Positions 53,867 to 64,000 of a stretch of DNA of 64,000 bases are shown here, in pieces. The stretch is taken from assembly GCF_947568905.1 (NCBI RefSeq), contig NC_079167.1, positions 39,184,001 through 39,248,000 on the forward strand. The letters are read 5' to 3'. The position numbers were made by a program, and so were the translations under genes. Each line of letters opens with the position of its first letter. Position 1 is the first letter of the stretch. The notes below the pieces were generated by a model. That model did no database searches, was not told where the DNA came from, and worked only from the letters and a program-made list of their open reading frames with translations. This DNA comes from Ostrea edulis (Eukaryota).

Positions 53867-55570
53867 TGAAGTAGTTCAACGGTTACATGGAGTTTGGGGG
53901 GTAGCCATCAGTTTTACGGATATTCTTGTTTTCCAACCTGATTGGTTTTTTTTTAAAAATGTAATCTGTTAAAGTATATAGTTCAAGATTACAATATACC
54001 GCAGTCTGAAATAGTTTACAATTCTCTGAGAAATCATGACATAACAATTGTAATACCACCTAATTCAAATGACCTTTCTCTCCGTGATTCATGATAAGAT
54101 TGAGATAGCATATTAGTCCGGTGAATGGATAGTTGAAATTAAAGAAAAATTTACTTTGTACACTACTTTAAATCAAATCAATAAATAAAAGAATATTCCC
54201 CATAAATGCAAATATTAAGGTTTTTCACACATGGGGAAATATCCATGGGTGGAGCGGTGACTTCTCGATCGCATACCGGTACATAATAATTAATGACATC
54301 ATATATTATTGTGTAGTCTATCTATGTAAAGTGACCGAAATAGCTGAATAGAGCTGAGACTCTCACCACCTTCCCTCATATGTAAAAGAAATGCTTTTTT
54401 CGTGAAAAGGACGAAGGAAAAGCGAGAAGAAAACACAACAAAAAGCTCTCTCCACATAGTCAGGTAATGTTTATTCTGGTGTCACGTGTACTTATATATT
54501 TACATGCACTAGCCTGAATCACAAATAGGGATGAACACCTGCTTCATAATTTGAGAAGTCCACATTGTCATTTCATCATCTTTAATTTCTTTTCAATAAA
54601 GTTTCATGAGTGGTCACTAAAAACTTTTTTTAAATTTTTACTTTTGATTATCTCTATAAATCTAATGGAAAGTACAAATAAAAAGAATGTTTTGGACCAA
54701 GTCGTTAGATTTGTAAAAGTGACCCCAGATGCCCATCAATAAATGGTGTTTTTTTTTTTGGAAAGATTGGGAGTATTTTTCGATATGTTGTTTAAAATAC
54801 AACTACATATATATACATGTAATAGTTGAGGTTACAAAGACTGTTTATAGAGCAACATGAACATCCATACTGAGTCTCCCCAGATGAGTGATATTTCAAG
54901 TAATGTCATAATCGATTTTTTCCAATCTATTGAAAGCTGTTTTTGGTTTTACATATTCGATCTTTGCTTTGTTTTGATCCACTCCGAGAAAACAATGCGG
55001 CTGAAGCACAAACATCAATAGAGAAAAGAGTCTTTATTTCTTCCAAAGTTTGGTATTGATTTCGAAAAAAGAAAGAATTCTGAGAACCAAACTTAGAATC
55101 GTAATGGAAAATGAACACCGTTGGTTAACGATACCCGTGCGTTGTTCAAATGAAATGGGTTTATATAAAAGTACAAATCATAAGTGGGCTAGATAGCTTA
55201 ATTTTATTCAAAGTTTAAATGCATGGATATTATCTTCCCAATTTCAAATTGTAAAAACATTACTAATCTCATTGGACAGAAAATCTGCAATATAAATATA
55301 CTGCATTTAAAAGTTCCTTTCAATTTCACACGCACTTCTTTAGACTTCCAAGTACATCAAATTTGTCAATCTCGTTATTTCTAACGAGTCTTTGTACAAC
55401 AGTTCTTAGGGTTTTTTTTATATAAGCGAAATGCACACATGCTATCACATTCAATAAATTCACAATTTCACATAGATTTCATCCTCACCATCTCTTTTTA
55501 AAAATCACAACCATTCACTCTATCACAAAGTTAGAATCACTTTAAGCCAGCTGTATGCAAAATTGGTCAG

Positions 55571-56218
55571 TTATTCCTTGTAAACAGCAAAAACTGTAAC
55601 TGTGCAGTACAAATGTTTGCTGTTAAACGAATAGGTAGCAAAATCGTCCGATTTGTCATCCCATGAACAGCGACTGGTTGCCATGATTCCGGGTCCTTTG
55701 TTTTCTCCCAAAGTTACGTTACAGACCAATTTGTACCTCTCATAATTCAAAGTCTTTACTTTTTCTTTAATTTGATTACACAAAATTTTTGTCAGATTTG
55801 GAGACCATCTCTTGCTGTAAATCATTTTATCCAACTTTTCATCCACGAGTTTCTTGACCACTTCATGCACGTGTTGTTGATTAAACTTCCGTTTTGGTAC
55901 CATTCGATATGTCGGCTCATATTCCTTGGGTGGAACGGTTACCGTCGAGGAAGTTCTTTCCCGTTTGGAAAACCTCTTGAAGAATTTTTTGGTGGCCAAC
56001 ATTCCGGTCAGCGAATGACCCATCTGTTGAGCCGCCTTGGCGCCTGTCATTGGTTTTTTAGGCATTGGTGCTATACTATTTCTTCGCTGTTGGCTAACAC
56101 TTCCCTTCCGTTCCGCGACACTCATTTTGCGGTCACCAGAATGGGCGGGCTTTCTCTCGAAATCCGCTGTCTTCTTTTCGAGCTCTTGCTCAGTGCTAGC
56201 TTTCATTTTCGCCAACAT
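55571..56218 (-). CDS. Tctex-1-domain dynein light chain paralog D, 215 aa
   Basis: Intronless ORF MLAKMKASTEQ... with YEPTYRMVP, RYKLVCNVTLGENKG, SRCSWD, VFAVYKE*. Strong 5'UTR acceptor TTTTTTCCCTTTTAG at 56280; AATAAA at 55208-55203. Confidence 0.94.
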   Translation of the reverse strand: MLAKMKASTEQELEKKTADFERKPAHSGDRKMSVAERKGSVSQQRRNSIAPMPKKPMTGAKAAQQMGHSLTGMLATKKFFKRFSKRERTSSTVTVPPKEYEPTYRMVPKRKFNQQHVHEVVKKLVDEKLDKMIYSKRWSPNLTKILCNQIKEKVKTLNYERYKLVCNVTLGENKGPGIMATSRCSWDDKSDDFATYSFNSKHLYCTVTVFAVYKE

Positions 56219-58381
56219 GTTTACTTAGTGTATTTTTGGGTCGGGCCTTCAGGCAGTCACTAAGGATTATCTATCGATTCTAAAAGGGAAAAAATGTAAA
56301 TCGTATTATGAACAACTAGAAAACAATGTCTTCGGTTTTGTAAAAGTGAGAAATTAGTTTTTCATTCAAATATCAATATAGAGTAAAAACTATACAATGA
56401 ATGCCCCATAAACCAATCTTAAAAAGTAAACATTAGGTTAAGTATTGAAAAAAAATACAGAGACCCATTGATTAGATTTTAATAACGATTTTGTATCTGT
56501 TAAATAGCTAGAAAACACTGTAACAAGAAACATTTATCCACTGGCTGAGTCGGAAGATCAATAGATTTCAAATTATAATCGTTTTAAAAGGCATTCTAAG
56601 GTAAATTGATAAAATTATGCAATCTTCGATACAGGAAATTTTGTCAGTCAAATTGCAGCATTTGGAAAATCAACAGATAACTGATTTCCTGAGGAAGATA
56701 TCCCAGAAACCCATGTGGAAATCATGTCCAGCAAAACTGTAATGTTTAAATGTACCGACCACAAAACAATGCGACATTGGGTATTGTTCATTAAAAGGCG
56801 GAATAAAAGATTCCCCGATAACCAATATCCTGGCCTATTTCAAAGTTGCTAAATCTATATATATTAATTTCAGATCTTTTTTAAAGTTATGTTGTATTGT
56901 ACCACTAATTTAAAGTTCATCGCTCGAGAAATTTTCTGCATTCGCAACATGTTGCTAAGTGCTTCTATCGTTAATGACGGAAGGATAGCACCTCGATGAG
57001 GCAATGACTATCTAACAAAGAATATGGAAAGCAACTGTAATGAATATATATCTACTGTAGAGAGCTCACCTAACAATACATCGATACCAATCAATGGTGG
57101 TTAAGGCAGCTACTGACACGGCGCAATATTGTCTCAAGACTCAGCGAATTCGTTTACATAACTCCTGATCGAGTACCTTTATAAAATCCGACAAACCCCC
57201 CCTCACATCATCATCCTATCCAATTTTTGTATGTAAAATTGTGGGTTTTCGTATCAGATATATATTGATTACATGTTGGAGAGAATGAACTTGATGCGTT
57301 TACTAGAATTTTTCTAACAATTATTTTCTTTTTATATAGACGAACAGTTTCCTGAATTTGATAAATAAATCATGCAAAATACTTCAATAAGATTAACGAA
57401 TTGTTTTACGTGAATGAACGGTCATTGTTACATTGCGTGAAAAGTGTGATTGAAAAAATAGTACAATGTAATTTCCGAAAGGACGCCCAAATAAACAAAA
57501 CAGATGGTTGCCCATTTGTCTCTATTGTTTTCGATTATAGAACAGTTACAATAAATTATTTATACATAACTGATACACGAGATCTCAAATCCATCTTACC
57601 TTATAAAAAGTCCAATCAATTCAGATGTGAGAGCCCATTTTATGTTACTGGGGATGTCTAATATTGATGTCTCTGTAGAAATGAACAAGTCACGTGATTT
57701 ATTACTAGTTATTATCATTTAATCTAAACCTCGGCTAATTACGTGGTATCGTGTATGAGATTACAAAGTTAACTTTTGAGTTAAAGGCCCGTCTCTGACC
57801 TACAAATGGTACAAACTCCAATTTGTTTCAACAGATCACAAGCGCGGTCCACTATGCAATGCGAACTAAATGTAACATGCATGTATCAATTTTTACCTTT
57901 CATGTATTTTGAAAGATCCGAGTAAACTAATTTAAAGCAAAACTATTGAAAAGAGGAACACTGAATTGCCTTTTAGAACGGCTAGTAGAGCGCTTCCTTC
58001 GTAAGCGGTGCGTGTGCATGGATTCGCGCCCAGACTTTATTCCTTTTGCCAAGCACTTGCCATTACATGTAAAAGTCACAGGTTTTTGGATAAACTTTAG
58101 GAACATTGTTCTGAGTCCATATAGTAGGTAAAATAGATATACACGTTTGTAGCTCTCTTCCTGTAGTAATGGCGTCTCGATAAGGTGAAACATCCTCGCT
58201 GTGAGGTTTAGGCACAGTCGTTTATGGAAGAATATCACATCCAATGTTATGTAGTATTCAATGCAATAAGTAAAACGCTCCTCAAGATGGATCACTACAT
58301 CAAAGTTTATTTAGTGGCTCGTCAAGCATCTCATATGATGTATGATTTCACCATCGAAAGAGTGATACAGACTCATTTATT

Positions 58382-58635
58382 TCATGAAAGGCGAAGATAA
58401 CGAACAGTGATCAATCTCAAAACTCCTATAAACGATACAAAATAGAGAGTTGGGCAAACATGGACCCCTGAATATACTAGAGGTGGGATCAGATGCCTAG
58501 GAGGAGTAAGCATCCCTTGTCGACCGGTCAAACCTGTGGTGTGTCCTATATCTTGATCAGGTAAACGATGTTATCCGTTGTCAAAATCAGTGTGCCAAGA
58601 ACGGCCTAACAATCGGCATGAAACACGTCAGACAT
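58382..58635 (-). mobile_element. 3' end fragment of the Penelope-like retroelement, reverse orientation
   Basis: Reverse complement of 49455-49788, including the ORF end SDVFHADC*. Confidence 0.8.
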
Positions 58636-59077
58636 TACATTATTTATTTTTGTGGGTGAGTTTTTCTGGAAAAATAAACTAATGTGTTTCCTTTGCAAAT
58701 AAGAAATTGTATAGTCCAAACGCAGTGATTCGATGCATGGTATGAATATATAATAAAACATACCAAAAGACTCATATAGACGTTCCAACCTTTTAGATAA
58801 AGATATTCATGAAAATTATAAACGTTATTTTTTGATATTTTTTTTAAATCTACAAAAATATTTTAATTCCTCGGGGATTAAACGGAGCATGAAAATCTTG
58901 AATAGTAATGAATACTTCTTTCCATGGCCATGAGTTTAGAGAAGGTATATAGAGCCCTATAAAATATATAAAATCCATGAGCTTCCGAGGGCTTCGCCCC
59001 AGACCCCCTGCCTCATAAAGTGGCGCCTCCCGTAACCGCAATTCCTGGATCCGTCCTTGTTCTAGCAGGTAATGCAT

Positions 59078-61575
59078 GGCAAGCCCTTTTACTATTTATT
59101 CGTAAAATAAGATATCTCTTTAAATAAGAGAGATATCTCTTTTGGTTAAAGAGATATCTCTGTAAGTTAGAGATATATCTTTTTACGCTTGGGAGATATC
59201 TTTTAACCAAAAGGGATATCTCCTTTGTTTAAAGAGATATCTCTTTACGTTTGGGAGATATCTCTTTACGCTTGGGAGATATCTCTTTACGCTTGGGATA
59301 TATCTCTTTACGCTTGGGAGATATCTCTTTCTCTTTGAGGGATATCTCTCAAAGCTAAAGAGATATCTCTCAAAGAGAAAGAGATATCTCTCTAGTGTAA
59401 ATATATACCTCTCTATCAATGTAAAAAGAGATATCCCTTTAAGTTAACCTAAAGAGATATCTCTTTAGATTTCCCCCCCCTGTGATCACAATGACTTCTC
59501 CCTGTTGCATTGTCATTGAAATGGTGTAACCCTATTTTTAACCAAGTAAAATAGTTGAAGAGGTGGTTGAGGTAACATTATCAAGTTGCCGAGAGGCGAA
59601 ATCTAGTCTAGCTTGCATATTTCATCAATTTATTGTGTTTGTTTTTTGCTACCTGTATACATTTCACATGCGGTAAAAGCAAAATCTTCGCCCGAGATTG
59701 CATCCATTAGGGTGTTGCTAAAACGCGGAACGGAAAACGAAACGGAACGGAATTTAAGATTTAGAGTGATTAATGTAGATAAGATAACGGTAAAAATCAG
59801 GAGGGGGGATTCATTTTGATTAAAATCAACAATTTGGGAATTGTTTACAAGCGATCAAACAACTTTATCTTAAAATTTTACATCATAAATTGATTAAGAG
59901 AACTTAATTAAACGTTAGTATAAGAATTTACATTTAGCATTTTACGAGAATTTTGAAATTTCGGCATTGACAGAGGTATTAGCGAGCAGTGACACCTATG
60001 GGTAGAGAATGAAAAGAATACACGTGGTTTATACCCCCCTCCCCGTGGCAAAACGTCATTAACGCACAAGTACATGTATTTACACATAATACCGTGTATG
60101 TGTGTACTTACAACAGTGGATGTGACATGTATAAAACAATAACAATTCATTATCTTATTTAGTCAACAAATTAAACATCTTGTGTTAGCTTTATAGTTAT
60201 TTCATATATTATGAAATAAATCTGTTAATTCCTCTTACTATTGGTCGTAAACTTCACCCTAGTTACCATTAGTTTTGTTTCAATCTCTTTCTTTCGCGCT
60301 GTATCTCTTCGGTTTCAACACTAATCCGCAGGATATCGGTAAATGTACGAACTTTCAGATAGATTCATCTCAAATGAGGCAAAACTTTTTTTCTACACCG
60401 GACCCGTGCGCTTTAAAATTTGATGTGATACATAAATGTATATTGTACCAGGTGTCGAACTAAATTCAAATTCAAATTCAGTTATCTTAAACATATGTAG
60501 TTCGATTAAAAGCACGTTCGATTTAAAAAGGCTATTTTTGGGGAAAATTGTTCAAAAAATTATTTTATCTATTACAATGTTTCTTTCGGGGGGGGGGGGG
60601 GGTACATTTTATTAATTGGATGGGCTCTTAAAATCTTTTCTTACGATACCAGACAGAATAAAGTAATAGAATAATTCAAGTCTTTTTTAGTATGTTATCT
60701 TATTTATTTTTTCTTCATTTGTGAAACTACGTACTATCAAAATCTGGGGGTGGGGGGGGGGGGGGTGGGGTGGGGTGGGGTGACAAAGCCGGATGGTGCC
60801 AACAGGCGCTTGCTTGATATTTTTAATTAAAAAAATTACTATGCAAATTATTAAGCAGGCGCCTTTTGGTACATTCATCAAAAAATACACCGTGTAAAAA
60901 TACATAATAATGCATTAGTATGAGGTATCAATATGAAATGGTGAATTCTGAGGATGACTTCCTGTTCTCTCTGTAATTTCTGCATCCCTTGTTCATAATA
61001 AGCCTTTTGATTTTGCAAAATGCTGAACTCCTCATAACATTATTGCATAATATATTTTCCGTTTTCCGTTCCGCGTTTTAGCAACACCCCAGCCAATCAT
61101 GGTAAGATTTGCTATGGCGGGCTTCCATTTTAGGGAGAATTCAAACTAATAAAAATATTGGAAAGAGATATCTCTTTCTCTTTGAGAGATATCTCTTTTC
61201 AACGATTAAAGAGATATCTCTTATACTTTGAGATATATCTCTCTTGGAATTCTTAGAGAGATATCTCTTTAAGTGAAGGAGATATCTCTCAAAGTAAAAG
61301 AGATATCTTTCAGAGTAAAAGAGATATCTCTTTAAGTGAAAGAGATATCTCTCTAATGGAAAGAGATATCTCTTAAAGTATAAGAGATATCTCTCTAAGT
61401 GAAAGAGATATCTCTTAAAGTGAAAGAGATATCTCTTTAAGTGTAAGAGCTATCTCTAAAAGTAAAAGAGATATCTCTCATAAGTCATTTTAAAGAGATA
61501 TCTCTTAAAATAAGAGATATCTCTTTAATTTAAAGAGATATCTTATTTTTCGAATAAATAGTAAAAGGGCTTGCC
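59078..61575. mobile_element. Foldback-type DNA transposon (~2.5 kb) with ~400-bp modular TIRs built from AGAGATATCTCT palindromes
   Basis: Left GGCAAGCCCTTTTACTATTTATTCGTAAAATAAGATATC is the reverse complement of right GATATCTTATTTTCGAATAAATAGTAAAAGGGCTTGCC. About 14 and 16 GATATC modules per side at ~21-bp spacing. AT flanks both ends. Confidence 0.85.
59710..61089. mobile_element. TIR element nested in the foldback element (~1.38 kb)
   Basis: Perfect 26-bp TIRs GGGTGTTGCTAAAACGCGGAACGGAA / TTCCGTTCCGCGTTTTAGCAACACCC. No clear TSD and no transposase ORF. Confidence 0.8.
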
Positions 61576-61611
61576 ATAGTAATGGTGTGTAGTCTGCTAC
61601 TGATTCTGAGG

Positions 61612-61770
61612 GCAGGTCGCAGTAGCTCAGTGGTTGAGCGTTCGGAGGTACCTTGTCGCGGCAGACGTTGGCACGTTAAAGAACTCTCACTGCTATGGCC
61701 CTGAGAGCTGAGTATAGTTTGTGGTAGTTCACATGCAGAAAAATTCTCAGTGAGACGTAAACATACAAAT
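61612..61770 (+). mobile_element. Internally deleted tRNA-derived SINE
   Basis: A-box TAGCTCAGTGG at ~61623, then GTCGCGGCAGACGTTGGCACGTTAAAGAACTCTCACTGCTATGGCCCTGAG and the tail AAAATTCTCAGTGAGACGTAAAC, matching the SINE at 34153. There is no B box or cloverleaf, so this is not a tRNA gene. Confidence 0.6.
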
Positions 61771-63383
61771 TACTTCTGAGGTAGTACATGCATAGTACTG
61801 TGAAATGATACCGTGGGCCACGTTTTACTTTGTACGAACTACTTCTGAGGTAGTACATGTATAGTACTGTGAAATGATACCACGTTTTACTTTCTACGAA
61901 CTTCTTGAAAATACAGTGAAATTATCATTGATCCAAGAAACTAGAAAAATTGAAAATGTTAACCTCCATGTGCTTACGAAGTGAATTAAATATTTGATTT
62001 TTTAAATATCGGACGAAAAATGAATTGAAAATTCCGAAAATGATGCGATTGTTTACTAGTATTATTTCTTGGTCATTCAATGGAAATTCGCGTCTCTAAT
62101 CACGTTCGACTAGGTCTTGCACGCTGGCTATCAACAAAGATGGACAACTGGGTATCATCTGGTAAGTTCTAGTAGCCAGATTCAATCAATCAAATGATAC
62201 AAGGATGAATGATAAATTCTCGGTAAATAAGATAATTTAGCTATCCTCAAAATACAAAATTCACCTCGCCCTCCATCCTCACAATGTTAAGATTAAATGT
62301 GAGTACGTGGAGGGTACGTAATCACCAAAGTAAAAAAAAAAAGCCCTAACCGTGAGAATGTTCACCGTCAGGCTTGGTGAGTATTGTACGTCTCAGGTAA
62401 CTAAACCATCTTTATTTCAAACTGACAAAGTTTTTCTTCAATGTCTCCCATTTTAAATTTTGTTCTCTCAGAAAGATCGATCACATCAGTGATATTATAC
62501 AATGAATATAGCGATTCTCAATTAAATACAAGATGTATATTCTTTAGAGGGAAACATTTCTTGTGTACAAAATTTGAAGAGAAACTTTGTTTTTCGAAAA
62601 TAAATCGTTCCACGTGTATCAAAGTTGCATGCGACAAATTAATCACGAGGACTTTAATAGCTCTAAAGTCATATATCCTTTGAACTCTGTTGAATAGTCT
62701 TTCTATACAAATAATTGAAGAAATTTGTTTTCTTCAGATCTCAATCTATACAAATAATGTCTTTTTTATCAGATCTACGATGGAGAAGGCATTTGATTAC
62801 AAAAAAGAACAATAATGTTTTAAACACATGGAATGATGAGGAAGATTTTCGTTATTTTTATCTGACCATCCCATGTCCAGTCTTGACTAGTCCTGGGCAT
62901 CGAGACTGGAAATAGAGAACGCACAGAAATCATTTAAAGTAGTATCATACATATATACATACAAACACACTGTAGAACACCGTGACCAAACGTCATTTGG
63001 ATACAACCATTCCTAGGCAGGATACAAGCGTGCTTTTAACACAGAGTACAACCAACCCCCACGGTAAAATACTATGGGTAGTGTAGATGTCCGCGGTAGA
63101 AGAAAGTAGAAACACGTACACCCACCGTGTTTTACACGACCTATTAACTTTATTTCAGAATATCTCTTTCTTGCTACAACAATATATGTTTAAAGTATCG
63201 ACTAACTAAAGAAAATACATTATATGTTTCGCATTGATATCATCTATTTGGCATACCATTTAATCTGGGCACTTCTATGGTTTTCTCTAATATTTCTGTA
63301 TCTATCTATCGTTCTAAGTGAAATAAAAGTCTTCACGAACAGTCGGTTTCACGCGGTGCCATTGTCGAACCAGTCTCCCGGTG

Positions 63384-63602
63384 GTGAGGCGAGCGTTCAT
63401 GTAGCGCTAACAACTGAGGCGAGCGTTCATGTAGCGCTAACAACTGTGAGGCGAGCGTTCATGTAGCGCTAACAACTATGAGACGAGCGCCCATGTAGTG
63501 CTAACCACTGTGAGACGAGCGCTCATGTAGTGCTAACCACTGTGAGACGAGCCCTCATGTAGCGCTAACCGCGGTAAGGAGAGCGCCTAGGTAGCGTTAA
63601 AC
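63384..63602. repeat. 32-bp minisatellite, ~7 copies, next to a B-box-like motif
   Basis: Unit TGAG(G/A)CGAGCG(T/C)TCATGTAG(C/T)GCTAAC(A/C)ACTG at 63385, 63415, 63447, 63479, 63511 and 63543. Minus-strand GGTTCGAC at 63371-63364. Confidence 0.88.
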
Positions 63603-64000
63603 CTCTAGGTTACTGTGACCGCTCATCAGAAATAGTGGGGATCCATATAACGAGATACGCAGTCTGCAATAGAGACAAATAGAAGGGGATGATCATGTAT
63701 GTATGTTGATTCTGCAAGGTCATGTAAGCAAGGTCACTATAACATTGGTTACTAACAGTCATTCGGTCAAGGTCACTGAATGATAATATCCTGGTTCTAA
63801 AGAGACACTTGGGACACAGACATGGCATAGAGTTTGTTTATTGTTCTGATTATTTGTAGGGACCAGTACCAGGCGCTTGTGAACATTGGTCAGGGAATAT
63901 TAATCTACTGCAACACAGGGCCTGGGTCTCATATGAAGAACCGCCCAATTTAGTGTCCTTTAACAAAACGTAAGGGGGTTCTGAAAACATATTCAAACTC

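Noticed and set aside
57927-58295. 122-aa minus-strand ORF upstream of Tctex D
   Set aside because: It has no recognisable domain or paralogy. It could overlap a 5' UTR exon (donor at ~57896), but this is unsupported.
61615-61650. Possible tRNA gene (GTAGCTCAGTGGTTGAGCG)
   Set aside because: Only an A box is present; there is no B box or T-arm and the sequence continues as a SINE body.
63345-63630. Hammerhead-ribozyme-like core on the minus strand (CUGAUGA GCGGU ... ACCGC GU GAAAC)
   Set aside because: Stem II would span the whole 32-bp array, there are two extra nucleotides before GAAA, and I could not find stems I/III or a cleavage triplet. An Infernal search with hammerhead models would settle it.

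Overview
AT-rich eukaryotic genomic DNA, almost certainly from an oyster (Ostreidae): it carries the ~166-bp HindIII/Cg170-type satellite inside a Helentron-like element plus other typical bivalve repeats. I find six protein-coding genes, all on the minus strand. They are an 11-exon TECR (very-long-chain enoyl-CoA reductase, 305 aa), a two-exon actin (376 aa) with a compact Inr/TATA/CArG promoter, and four paralogous Tctex-1-domain dynein light chain genes spread over 39 kb. The Tctex genes have intronless coding regions and N-terminal extensions that share a basic amphipathic motif and carry PKA-type sites. The spacers are filled with minisatellites (24, 26, 30/39, 33, 38, 44 bp), MITEs, tRNA-derived SINE pieces and a nested retroelement island (RTE LINE, Penelope-like element, Helentron). 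They also hold a TRIM-like miniature LTR element and a foldback-type element with a nested MITE. The very long ORFs in the ORF track are tandem-repeat artefacts. There are no CRISPR arrays, rRNA genes or intact tRNA genes. The most interesting candidates are the Tctex cluster with its putative calmodulin/PKA N-terminal module, the TRIM-like element, and minisatellites born from identifiable TE motifs. All alignments were done by eye and repeat boundaries are approximate.
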